Of a stretch of 64,000 nucleotides of DNA, positions 8,738 to 19,600 are shown in pieces (position 1 is the stretch's first letter; every line of letters starts with the position of its first letter). The translations under genes and the position numbers were made by a program. The notes beneath the pieces were generated by a model. The model was not told where the DNA came from, ran no database searches, and saw only the letters and a list, made by a program, of their open reading frames with translations. The stretch covers positions 32,001 through 96,000 of the forward strand of contig CAZVGK010000004.1 in assembly GCA_964626665.1 (NCBI GenBank), in the 5' to 3' direction. The stretch comes from an uncultured Gemmatimonadota bacterium (GTDB taxonomy: Bacteria; SM23-81; DAOVCL01).

Positions 8738-8942
8738 CAACCCATCTCTGTGCTACATCAATAAGGGAACGAAGGGCATCATTTACGGCCTCTTCAGTTG
8801 GAAACGCCTTCGCTACATCAGGGCTGAGCAGGACCAAATTGGTTCCAGCCCGGTAGGCATCTAAATACTTGCCTCGGACACCGCGGCCAAGGTCTTCACG
8901 CCGATACTCCGGGCGCAGTTCGTCAGATTTAGCCTTCTTCAT
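8694..8942 (-). CDS. BrnA-like antitoxin; stop lies inside attC
   Basis: DELRPEY...RGKY...V.L.PDVA.AFP..EAVN.ALR pattern directly downstream of BrnT. Confidence 0.8.
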   Translation of the reverse strand: MKKAKSDELRPEYRREDLGRGVRGKYLDAYRAGTNLVLLSPDVAKAFPTEEAVNDALRSLIDVAQRWVGPTKRSSRRAKARG

Positions 8943-9201
8943 ATATCCTCCTTTCATGGCGTGTCATGAGACGCGCACTGATGATCCTCACTCTATCACC
9001 ACGGTCAAAATGTGAGACGACCATCAGCCGGTCGAATCTTGAAAGGCCAAAGGAGAGGTATCGCTCTTCATCAATAGAATGATCAGAATCTGTGAAAGTG
9101 ATGGCCAGCGGATCTCCAAAGATTGTTGCTGCCTCATGAAAACTGACGTCATGTTTTCGTTTGTTCCCTTCGGCTTTTTTCGGGTCCCATTCAAATTCCA
9201 T
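8929..9201 (-). CDS. brnT: BrnT-family ribonuclease toxin
   Basis: MEFEWD..K...N..KH.VSF.EA...F.DP...DHS.DEER...G...RIISAR. Confidence 0.92.
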   Translation of the reverse strand: MEFEWDPKKAEGNKRKHDVSFHEAATIFGDPLAITFTDSDHSIDEERYLSFGLSRFDRLMVVSHFDRGDRVRIISARLMTRHERRIYEEG

Positions 9202-9300
9202 TTAATAGCCCCTTCAGAAACAACTGGCAAGCCGACTCATCAATATCGGTTCAAGTGTCTTGTGACCGGCGCGTCCAGTGAGCACTTTAGTCAATTCCGA

Positions 9301-9492
9301 TCACGCCTCATTTGCGGCAATTTTGAGCGCAGACTGTTCCTCAGCAGAGCAATGCTGGAGATCCTCTCTCAAACATTCAAACATGTCCAATGCGGAGCCT
9401 GAGATGTCGCTCTCTCCCTCTCCAACACTGTCGATGAACCATAGGGCGTCAACAAGTGTCTTTGCCAAGATCTGCATGATACCTTCTGTCAC
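9301..9492 (-). CDS. Small hypothetical cassette protein
   Basis: 63-aa ORF immediately downstream of attC in cassette orientation; no family recognised. Confidence 0.35.
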   Translation of the reverse strand: MTEGIMQILAKTLVDALWFIDSVGEGESDISGSALDMFECLREDLQHCSAEEQSALKIAANEA

Positions 9493-9524
9493 GATGCGTG
9501 TGTGGTCTGTGTTCGTTCTCCAGT

Positions 9525-9655
9525 GGATACCGATAGAGTTCAGCGGCGGCGGGGAGGATTACCACCAAATTTTATAAACAGAACCAACTTTGGTGAACCT
9601 CAAACTTTTAAAAGCTGTGCGCCCCCCCGCCGTCCGCTGCAACGATTTGTTAGGC
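9525..9655 (-). other. Integron attC site (131 bp) with degenerate R' box
   Basis: Minus strand GCCTAAC-AAATC-GTTGCAGCGGACGGCGGGG...CCCCGCCGCCGCTGAAC-TCTATC-GGTATCC; stem has extrahelical G and A; R' reads GGT instead of GTT. Confidence 0.8.
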
Positions 9656-9667
9656 AAGATGTTTTGC

Positions 9668-10069
9668 TTATACCTCCAATATTCCCTCATCAAAGTCTAT
9701 TTTTAATTTAAGTTCAACTAACGATTTTACTCCAAGCAATCCATCCACATAGCTTTTTGGCGGAAGGCCATGGACAACAGCTTCAACTCTTTCTATTCTC
9801 TTCCCCAAAACAACTATAGACTTCAAGGTGATTAGAGGAGCTCTTTCCACTCCACTGGCAGTAATTATTTCTATTCTCTCTTTGGATAGCTCTGGTTCTA
9901 ACCCCAAAACTTCAGCAATCTCCAATGGGATCATAGTATAAGTTGCTCCTGTATCAAGAGCCACCCTTATCTTTTGTTTGGAATTACCCTGACCCTCCAA
10001 TAAGATAGTCAATATAATTACTGGTGCTTTGGTATTAAATCTAAATTTCGACATAGAATGCAACCGCAT
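9668..10069 (-). CDS. Retropepsin-like (clan AA) aspartyl protease in integron cassette 1
   Basis: VALDTGATYT catalytic motif; DGLLG..L..LK..IDF. Confidence 0.88.
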   Translation of the reverse strand: MRLHSMSKFRFNTKAPVIILTILLEGQGNSKQKIRVALDTGATYTMIPLEIAEVLGLEPELSKERIEIITASGVERAPLITLKSIVVLGKRIERVEAVVHGLPPKSYVDGLLGVKSLVELKLKIDFDEGILEV

Positions 10070-10271
10070 AACCCTTTTTGGGGATCTTCCCTGTATAGAA
10101 ATGGTAGGTATATTTACCTTTTGCTTTTCTCATTGCAGCATAGGTATCATCTCTATTTTTGGAATGGACTATCACCCTCACTTCTGTAGGTTCTCCTAAT
10201 TCATCCTCTTTCAATACCTCAGCTAATACCCATTCATCCCAATATTTTTTCTCTATCTCTTTCACCTTCAC
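10041..10271 (-). CDS. Small DUF5678-like protein upstream of the protease
   Basis: EIEKKY.DEWVL......G.....VI.HSK.RD..Y.......FYTG.IP pattern; GGAGG SD. Confidence 0.7.
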   Translation of the reverse strand: MKVKEIEKKYWDEWVLAEVLKEDELGEPTEVRVIVHSKNRDDTYAAMRKAKGKYTYHFYTGKIPKKGYAVAFYVEI

Positions 10272-10291
10272 TTTTGCACCTCCAGTATAAT

Positions 10292-10330
10292 GCCTAACTA
10301 AGGATTATATGGTTTCCGTATAACACCCTT
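10292..10330 (-). other. Putative integron attI site
   Basis: GTTAGGC core (minus strand, 10298-10292) between the intI stop and the first cassette, with no palindromic partner. It complements the GCCTAAC R'' box of attC 9655. Confidence 0.6.
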
Positions 10331-10343
10331 GCACCTCTTCTTT

Positions 10344-10750
10344 TCATAGAGCGTCCACAGGACTGCGTACTCCCTTTCCGCCTCGATTTAGGACATGCGT
10401 GTAGACTATCGTTGTCTTGATGTCCTTGTGGCTGAAAGGTTCCTAAACGGTCCGAATATCATAACCGCCTTTCAGCAAATAGGTCGCAGTGGATTTCCCG
10501 AACCTTTTCAAATGTGCGTGAAATGGCTGTTTCACGATGTCGGGAGGAATGGTCAACCGGTTTTTGCTTCCCTGCTGCGACATCTTTCGGATCAAAATGG
10601 GCTTTGCAATCCGAAAATCTGATTTAGGGCGAGAAAACTAAAATCCTCCCCAATTCCCTCGATGCACTCGTGCAACTTCAACTGTTCCAGGATGCAAGGC
10701 GCATGCCCCAATATCGCAATCACCAATATGATACCTCCCTCCCCCAGCAT
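10344..10750 (-). pseudogene. intI: Integron integrase pseudogene (stop, frameshifts, internal deletion)
   Basis: Minus strand [43 protein letters not shown] is the IntI C-terminus. Upstream remnants are LTIPPDIVKQPFHAHL and LKLHEC...NQI. Confidence 0.85.
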
Positions 10751-11296
10751 GTCAAGCAGATTGTTTTGTTTTTCTGACTGATAGCCCCACCAAGTTACCA
10801 CCTCCCAAAGGTCCATTCGAGAGCTCTACCCTGGAGAAGGCAATGCTTGTTCTGTGACTAGAAAACTCCAAAAGCATTAACAGAGAAGCCATATTATTTT
10901 CTCGGTAATAGAGAACAAAGGGGATGGTTTAGGCGAAAATATAGGTTCGTTAATTTACTTTGCCCAGTTGAAAATAGGTGCTGAATTCTCCTGAATGATT
11001 CGGAGTTGGTTCAAGCTTTTAACCCCTTCCCGCATTCCAATTTGATTCTTCTTTTTTGCTCAGGGCGGGGTGGGTATTGCACAATGAGGTAGGCGCTCCA
11101 CCAATGGATTAAGTAGCCTCCAAGGCTTTGTCCTGCCTGTCCCGAGAGAAATCGTGGGAACGCCTCCCGACAAAGAGTCGGGATACTTGGACTCGTGCCT
11201 CACCGCCCCGCCCCCTCTTTTCCTCAAACATCGATTTTCAATTTATCAAGCCCGGTTGTCAAAAATACGGGAAGTGTTCCTAATTTCGATCACTTC

Positions 11297-11635
11297 TTAC
11301 AGAAATTCGATATGGTTCTTCATATCTTCAACTGATAAGAGATCAACCAGTAACTTTATTCGCCGGATACATTCACCGATACTCAACTTTTGTGGATGAG
11401 CGTAAATGATCCCGTAGTATTCTTTCTTCTCTTTGGTCCACTTATCAGCCAACATCAGAAAATCGTCATCTCTCGTGAAAACCACAGCTCTTATCTTAGA
11501 GGCGTATTTCAACTGTTCTTCATCAGTCATACCCAAATTCCCTGCATCCCTTGCAGACCAAGCTTCTATACCCCTTCGCTTAAGCCCTTCGGTAATAGCA
11601 ACATTTACACTCTCATTAGTGTAAACCTTGATCAT
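11297..11635 (-). CDS. DUF5615 PIN-like toxin
   Basis: YTNESV...I..GL..RG.........G..DEEQL.YA......TRD.DF....GII. Confidence 0.85.
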   Translation of the reverse strand: MIKVYTNESVNVAITEGLKRRGIEAWSARDAGNLGMTDEEQLKYASKIRAVVFTRDDDFLMLADKWTKEKKEYYGIIYAHPQKLSIGECIRRIKLLVDLLSVEDMKNHIEFL

Positions 11636-11958
11636 CCCCTGAGAAGTCCTTCAATTTTGGAGATATATATTTTTTTCAGCTCGGCAGTCCTCTTCTCTTT
11701 AATTGCCATCTCTTTGTCAAGTTCTGTTTGATTTTCATAGTAGTAAGACAAGGCGTCGTGGATTTGGGATAGATTTAGGTGGGGATGAGCATTAGCTATC
11801 TCATCTGGCGAGTATCCAAGCCGGTCGTACTCGACAGCGATATCTATCACACGGGTTCTAGTTCCTACAATAATTGGGCTGCCGTCGCATATTCTTTTGT
11901 CCCTTATAATATACGCATGGTTTACTTTCTTTTTTGCCAATGTTTTGGGGGCCATCAA
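11632..11958 (-). CDS. DUF433 antitoxin
   Basis: ICDG.P.I.GTR..V..I......G.SP.EI...HPHL.L.QI.DAL.YY. Confidence 0.9.
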   Translation of the reverse strand: MMAPKTLAKKKVNHAYIIRDKRICDGSPIIVGTRTRVIDIAVEYDRLGYSPDEIANAHPHLNLSQIHDALSYYYENQTELDKEMAIKEKRTAELKKIYISKIEGLLRG

Positions 11959-12365
11959 TGTCTCCTTCTCACATTACCCGTTTGATGTTCACTTTATCGA
12001 TTTTCATGTTTTACTAAGCTCTTTCCCTTTTCCTTGGCTCTTTGTATTTCACATCATCGGTGGAGGGGTCACAGAATATTGAATTCTTAACGATCTAGAT
12101 ATATCGTAATAGTATTTAATTGATTGTCAAGCGTCAAGATTTGACTCCATAGAGTATTGGAAAACATCTTTGTCGTTGCTAACTTCGCCATTTTCAACTC
12201 CTGAGAATTTTAGTCTTACCAGTTAAGAATATAGCGCAGTATAGAGCTTTAGGCAAGGGAAATTTGATTCAAATCTCTGGGAAGCTAATGTGGAAGTAAG
12301 TTACAGAATGGGCCGCCCCTTAATAACCGTTGAGAACCCAAAAATGCACTCAAAAAGTACATACC

Positions 12366-12632
12366 TTATTTGGCGATAAATTTGTCGCCTTTCTTCTCAA
12401 TTCGCAATAGTGGAAGGAGAATCTCACGCCAGTCATCAATTGACCCGTTCACACCATTTATTTCAAGCCCTTCAGGATCGTAGTATACTTCCAACTTTTC
12501 ATCGCAACAACCACATTTCAAAAGATAACGTGGCATTTTCTTTCCTGAACCCTTTTTGTGGTAGACTCTGATTTGAGGGTAACCATCTGGCCTGATGTAA
12601 TAAAAACGATTGGTTCTTTTCAGTATGTTCAT
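12366..12632 (-). CDS. Hypothetical protein with CGCC motif
   Basis: 88-aa ORF overlapping the upstream stop; RYLLKCGCC..LEINGVNG..W. Confidence 0.55.
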   Translation of the reverse strand: MNILKRTNRFYYIRPDGYPQIRVYHKKGSGKKMPRYLLKCGCCDEKLEVYYDPEGLEINGVNGSIDDWREILLPLLRIEKKGDKFIAK

Positions 12633-12820
12633 TTAACACTCCATTTGCTGAGTAAATTACTTATCATCCTATCTTCAACAATTTGGCATAGTTCATTAAA
12701 CACCGCCCGAGGGTCGTCTCCATGACAGCCGCCGTAGAAAAGCTCTGGACAACTGCCAATGAAGCATTGATCCTCGTCGGACCATTCGACGAGCTTCACA
12801 TACTTGGCTGCTTTATTCAT
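12629..12820 (-). pseudogene. hicB: HicB-like antitoxin, probably truncated
   Basis: Y...VEWSDED.CFIG.CPEL..GCHGD pattern; C-terminus diverges. Confidence 0.7.
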
Positions 12821-12823
12821 TTC

Positions 12824-12913
12824 TTAGCCTTCTTTATAGTTACCCTTCCCTCCTCGGTCAACAAAACCCACTTTCTGCAAATCTCTTATGAGATCCCTCA
12901 CTTTCTTGGGCAT
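12824..12913 (-). pseudogene. hicA: HicA-like toxin with internal deletion
   Basis: MPKKVRDLIRDLQKVGFVDRGGKGNYKEG*; HicA N-terminus lacking the GSH histidine and central region; abuts hicB. Confidence 0.65.
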
Positions 12914-13659
12914 TCTCTATTCTTTTGCATGACATTGTCTATCCTGACGGCCTCGTCTAAAACCGTCAGGGCAGGAACTCTGACGGCACTGAATGAAACC
13001 CGAAAGGGTAAATTCCTTTCTCCGCCTCTCGATTTAATAATACTAAATCAAATTCTTGCCGTCAAGGCCTTTCCCTTGTTTTGTTGACTGGAAACCCCAG
13101 AAGGTAACAATCCACGGGGGTCAGCATTTGGGTATTCATCTGTTGCCAGTTGTCACAGATTTTTCCTGATCCCCGGGAACTGTAAAGTTGTGGGAGAAGT
13201 CTCCAGACCTCGACAATAATCGGCATCAGGAGATGCCTCCCACATATTTTTGCCTAATTTCCGCTGTCTTATCCAATACCCACTTTAACAGCCATACCTT
13301 CCAAATCCTGATAATCCTTGAAAACTCATCTACTTTCCCTGATCCCTGGGAACTGTAACGAGTTAATTTTGCCTACTTCCGGGGGTGTTCGTATATTGAA
13401 CACCCTTGGCCGTTTTCCGTGCAAAATCCTCCTCTCCCCACCTCTCCTCAATAAATTTCCCTTATGTAACTCCCCTGTTGATTTGTAGATAAGGTCATTT
13501 TCTCCCCAAGGGGATTTGGCATACAAGTTGCAAAGTATGAAAAAGCTCATAGCAGCCAGCAATCAGGGATTTTTCGGTTGTCGGCTGTCAGTTCCTATAG
13601 ACCTTTCCTGATCCCTGGAAACTGACCCCTGGGGACTGTTAATAAATGGGAGATTAGTA

Positions 13660-16600
13660 ATGTTCAAAAGATGGCTATTGCCTTTAACCCTGCTTGTCTG
13701 GTGGTCTTTGGCTCCTTTGGCCATGGCTTATAACCATCTGGAGATAGTAACCTCTGGTGGGGAGAGCGATGAGACCCAGTCTGTTGGTTTTTCAGTGATA
13801 GTCACTGCCAGAAACCCTGACGGCTCCATTGATGCCGGTGCCTATCCCTTAGTCTCCTTCACCTCATCTGATCTTAATGCCTCCCTTCCCCCGAACAGCT
13901 ATCTTTCCGGTGGTCAGGCAACCTTCAACAACCTGGTGCTAAATACCCCCGGAAACCAGACAATTACGGTCAGTGATGTCTATGACCCAACTGTTTTGGA
14001 GGGAACCCTTCCCCTGAATGTCCACCGCTTCGTTGACCGCTTCGACTTTGACATCCCTCATGGGGCAAAGGATGTAGGGTTTCCCTTCCAGACAACCATT
14101 GTGGCCAAGGACAACACCGGAGCCACTAATACCATCTTCTCCGACAATGTGAGCTTAAGCGCTGCCGTGGGGCGGATAAGCCCCAGTTCTGTCCTGGGCT
14201 CCTCCTTTACCAATGGAGAGACCACCCTGATGGTTACCTTATATGGAACGGATCCCACCACCCATATCAATAGTATAACTTGCACCAACGCCATATCCTA
14301 CCCTGGCCAGTCCGAGCTCCCCTCTGGAACAAGCGAGAACATCACCGTCAACCCCGGTTCTTATAGCACTGTGATTCTCCTCTTTCCCGGGGAGGACCTC
14401 ACCCCCGGCACGGCTCCGGGAAAGAGTGGGGAACCAAACCAACAGGTGGCTGGAGTTCCCTTTCCTCAGGTTGAGGTTAAAGCCGTGGATGAATACTGGA
14501 ATCCGGTCTCCTCCCACCCTTATCCTACTATCTCTTTTGGTTCCACCGATACCCTGGCCACCCTTCCCGCAGCTACCTCGATGACCTCCAACAGCGAGAG
14601 CTTCTCTGGCGTGGTTTTGAAGATCGCGGGAAATCAGACGGTCACCGTTGAGGAGGATATAAACTACAATACCAGTGTAAGCACCATTCCCATCATCCAT
14701 TCTTCGGTAGACCATTTCACCTTCGCCCAAATACCCAGTCCCCAGACGACCATTACCCCCTTCAATGTCTCCATTACCGCCAAAGATGCCTTCGAAAACC
14801 GGGTCTATTCATTCAATTCAGACATCGCCTTAGAGTCCTCTACTGGACCTTATACCTATACCCCCACCTTGGTTACCCTATCAAATGGATTTTGGTCGGG
14901 GTTGGTCCATATAACCAAGAAGGCAAACAATGCCCAACTTAGCTGTGACGATCTTGCCGGTCATACAGGATTGAGCAATAACTTTACCATCAATGCAGGC
15001 CCTTTTAGCGAACTATTGATCGTCCTTCCCGGGGAGACCTATACGCCTGGAATTCCACCTGGCCGCAGCAATCCACCCACTCCTGTGCTTACTGGGGAGA
15101 CGGTCACAGCAACTATCCGAGCAGTGGACCAGTACTGGAATCAGGTGGCCGGGCCCTCGGTCCTGGTTCCCATAAGCATTAGCTCTCCCACAGGATATAT
15201 AGAGTCCTTGGATGATGGGGCTCAGCTCACCCAGTTTGGAATTGGTGATTACCGGGTGATCTTCCGCACCTATCAGGGGCAGAGGATCAGGGCGGTCAAC
15301 GGGTTCAACCCCGACATGGACGATTTGAGCAGTGTGATAATCGTCCACTCCGGACCATACTCTAAGCTTGTCCTGGCCGCCCCCGGAGAATCCCTTGATG
15401 CGGGGACCTTTGAACCAGATGGCAAGTCGGGTTCACCGACCACACAGATGGCCGGGAACAAGTTTCAGATCGAGGTGGCGGTCACCGATAGCTACTGGAA
15501 CCCTATAGAGGATCCACCCCCTTATCCTGTGATAGATTTTGCCACAAATGATCCTCAGGCGACCCTGCCCCCAGGCGGAGAGGCAATGGGGAGCCCGGTG
15601 CAGAGTTATCCGGTGACCTTAGCCACGGTGGGGTTAAATTGGCTAAAAGCCACTGACTCCAATGATTCCGACAAGGAGGATCTGGTCAACATCGAGGTCA
15701 CTGCCGGCCCCTTAGACCACTTTAGATTTAGCCAGATATCATCACCCCAACAGGTGGGGCAGCCCATCCACCAGGTGAAGGTTACCGCCAGGGATGGCTT
15801 TGGCAACCAGGTCCTTAGCTTCAACCAGGAGATCAGCCTCCTCTCCTCCACCGGAGAGGGGACATTTACTCCCCTCAGCATTACCCTGACCAACGGGGAG
15901 TGGACTGGGACCGTGACCATCTATCGGGCGGGAACGGGGGTTGAGCTCTCCTGTGAGGATGGGATGGGACATTCTGGAACGAGCAACCCATTTGATGTTT
16001 TGGCTGCCACATACAGCAAGATTCTCATCACCCTACCTGGGCAGGATTATACTCCAGGGGTGGCCCCAGGAAAGAGGGGATCGGCCACATCCACCACTGC
16101 TGGGGTCTCCATACCGGCCATGGTAAGGGCGGTAGATCAGTACTGGAACCTGGTCCCCGCTCAGCCAACTGTGAACCTCTCTACCAGCGGCTATGCGGTG
16201 ATCCCGGGAAACGACAGCAGGCTAAACCCTGATGGGACGAGGGAATTTCAGCTCCTCTTCCGCACAGCGGGGATAAATTCCGTTATAGCCAAGGATGTGA
16301 ATGACACCCTGATTGCGGATACAGGCGCAATCTCCGTCTCCCCGGCAGATTTTGTCCAGATCCAGCTCCTTGCCTCCGGGGAGACCCCTGATCCGGGCAG
16401 TCCTACGGGCAAGGTCGGCTCTATCCTTCCTCAGACGACAGGTATCATCTTCGACTGTGGGGTCAGGGCGGTGGATGAATACTGGAACCTGGTTCCCACG
16501 ATCAATGGAGAACAAATCAGGCTGTCCTCATCTGACAACTCCCTGAATGACAACAATCCGCCAAACCAGGGGCAGTCCTTTGTCAATGGGGAGATAACCT

Positions 16601-19600
16601 TCAGCATCTATTTGGCCCATACCGGGCTAATCTCTGTCACAGCTACTGACTTAGACGATATGAACAAGACCCAGACGGTGGAGATAAATGTCCATCAGGG
16701 AGCCTATTATGAGTTGATCACCCCGAATACAGTCACCGCCGGGCCACCGGCAAGCTTTCCCATGACCGTGAGGCTTATTGACCCCCAGACCGGGGAGCCG
16801 GTCAATGCCTCCCATGGTTTTTTCCTTATTCCCCTTTTGGCCAACCACGACCCCACAGACGGAACTTTGGGAACCACCAGCGGCATCCTGGATAGTGGGG
16901 TGGTGGTAATTGACCACCAGACCTACGACCAGGTGGAGTCCATCTGCATCAGGGTCTGGGATGACTACAGCAGGGAGACCTTTTCCAATACCATCCGGGT
17001 GGTGGCCGGCGATGTCTTCTATCATATATCAGTTCCGGAGGCGGCCACAGTTGGCCCCCCCAAGACCTTCCCGGTGACCGTTGAGCTGAGGGACGCCCAG
17101 ACCGGAAACCCCATCACCACCGAGGATCGGGAGGTGAAGCTTACTATCTACTCGGCCTCGAGTGGGGAACCAGGAACGGGGATAACTGATGTCACTACGA
17201 TCAACCTGATTCAGGGGCGGGCCTCAATTCAGGAAAGTTATACCAAAGCCGAGGATATATATATCGTGGCTACAGATACCTTAGGGGTGAGGGGAACATC
17301 TTCTGTCTTCCCTGTTGATCCAGATGGCTACAAGAAGCTCCAGCTTATAGCCCCAGGGGAGACTTCCCAGCCGGGCTCCATCTCGGAGAGCGGTAAATCG
17401 GGGATACCTGATCCCCAGAAGGCAGGGGTTCCCTTCACGGTTTTAGTAAGGGCTGTGGATCAATATTGGAATTTGGCCGACACAACCCAATCTGGAAGGA
17501 TCCACCTCAGTTCCAGCGACAACTCCCTGAACGAGGAGAATCCCCCCGACCAGGACCAGCCTTTCGTTAATGGGGAGAGGATATTCAACATATTCCTGAG
17601 CAATGCTGGGTTCGTTGAGGTGACCGCCTCTGACAACTCGGATCCGGCCAAGCTCCCCCAGGTGGTGCCCATTGAGGTGAGGGAGGGCCCTCATTATGAG
17701 ATCACCGTCTCTGACACCGCCCTGGCCGGGCCTCCGGCCACTTTCTTCGTGGTGGTCAAACTGATTGACCCCCAAACCGGGGAGCGTGCCTCCTCCTCCA
17801 ACAGTTTCACTATGACCCCATTTCTGGCCAATCATGACCCGGCTCATGGGGTTCTGGGCAGAACCTCAGCTACCCTGAACGACGGATCGGTAACTATAGT
17901 TGATCAGACCTACAACACCGTAGAGGATATTGTGATCAGGATAGATGATGACTACGGACGTCAAGAATATTCTCATCCCATTAGTATTACCTCCGGTGGG
18001 TTCTACTACCAGATCACCGTTCCCGATTCGGCCACAGTTGGTCCCCCCAGCTCGTTTCCGGTGGATATAACCTTAAGGGATGTAAATACCAATGCCGTTG
18101 CCGTTACCGAGAACAGGGAGCTATCGGTGGTCATCTATTCGGCTGAGACCGGCATTCCAGGGACTGGCTCTGTGGGGGTAACCAGGGTCAACCTTGAAAG
18201 GGGGAAGGCAGACTTCCTTCAGACCTACACCAAGGCCGAAGGGGTCTTCATCAGGGTCTCAGACAGCCTGGGCCTATCCGCGGTGAGCTCCGTCTTTTCC
18301 CTGGCCCCCGATAGCTACAAGAAGCTCCAGTTGGTCGCCCCGGGGGAGGCTGCCGAGCCAGGCTCCATCTCCCCCACAGGAAAGAGCGGCCTCCCCCGGG
18401 TAGAGACATCTGAGGTTCCCTTTGTGGTCACCTGCTTGGCGGTTGATCAGTACTGGAACCTAGTGGATGTCAACAACGGGGTTGTCCATATAACCTCATC
18501 GGACAGCTCCCTGGATGGGACCAACCCTCTGAACCAGGATTCCCCATTTACAAACGGGAGAGTGGACTTCGAAATAGTCCTCCATCGCCAGGGACAGATA
18601 AAGGTTACCGTTGAAGACTCAGTCAACTTAGAGAAGACCCCCCAGTCCGTGGATATCCCGGTCAATGCGGCCACTTATGAGATCACCGTTCCCACCACGG
18701 CAGTGGCCGGTCCACCAGCCACATTCCCCATAACCGTCAAGCTGATCAATCCGGCCAGCGGAGGAGTGGTCGGTGCCTCCCACTCATTCATTATCAACCC
18801 ATTTAAGGCAAATCATGACAGCACAGATGGAAATCTCCTGGTAAAAAGTGGGCTTTTGGAGAACGGGATTTCCGTAATCAACGATCAGGCTTACGACAAG
18901 GCTGAGGCCATCTGTATCAGGGTGAGGGACTACTTAGGGCGGGAGGCCTATTCTCCCCCCATAAACATCCAGGCCGGAGGGGTCTACTATGCGGTGGAGG
19001 CGCCGGATACGGCCACGGCAGGGCCGCCGGAGAGGTTTCCGGTTACGGTCAGGCTCTTAGATGCCAATACGGGCAATCTGGTAACCACTCAGGATAGGAG
19101 AGTTTGGCTTCAGGCTTATTCGGCAAGCTCGGGGTTGCCAGGGGATAGCTTAGGGGTGGGGGTGGCCCAACTGGTTGAGGGGAAGGTTACCATCCAGGAG
19201 ACTTATGCAATTGCCGAGCACATTTATATAAAGGTCTGGGACGATGGAGGGTTAGAGGCGGTCAGTCCCCCATTTCTGATCGTTGCCGGAAGGGAGGCCA
19301 GCCTGGTGGTGACGGCAAATCCGGTTATGGAGGGTGGCCAGACGACTTCCCTGGTGGCCACTCTAACCGATGCACAGGGGAACTACATCTCCAATGCCCG
19401 GTTCTCCTTCTCGGTTCTGGAGGGACCGGGAAGCCTTAATTCGTCCTCCGGGGTTACCAATGCACTGGGGCAGGCATCTGTGGAACTGACGGCCTGGCCG
19501 GGTAGCCAGGGGATCATTAGGGTGGAGGTGAGTTCTGATCTGCTTTATAAGCTAACGGAGATTGAGGTCTTGGGTCCACCCCTCACTGAGATGAGTTTTG

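Noticed and set aside
8660-8740. N-terminal extension MAQQSAPADALKHAAELLVRP of the antitoxin
   Set aside because: Translation of the attC site; the SD-supported start is 8659.
10395-10622. Plus-strand [17 protein letters not shown]...
   Set aside because: Antisense shadow of the intI C-terminus.
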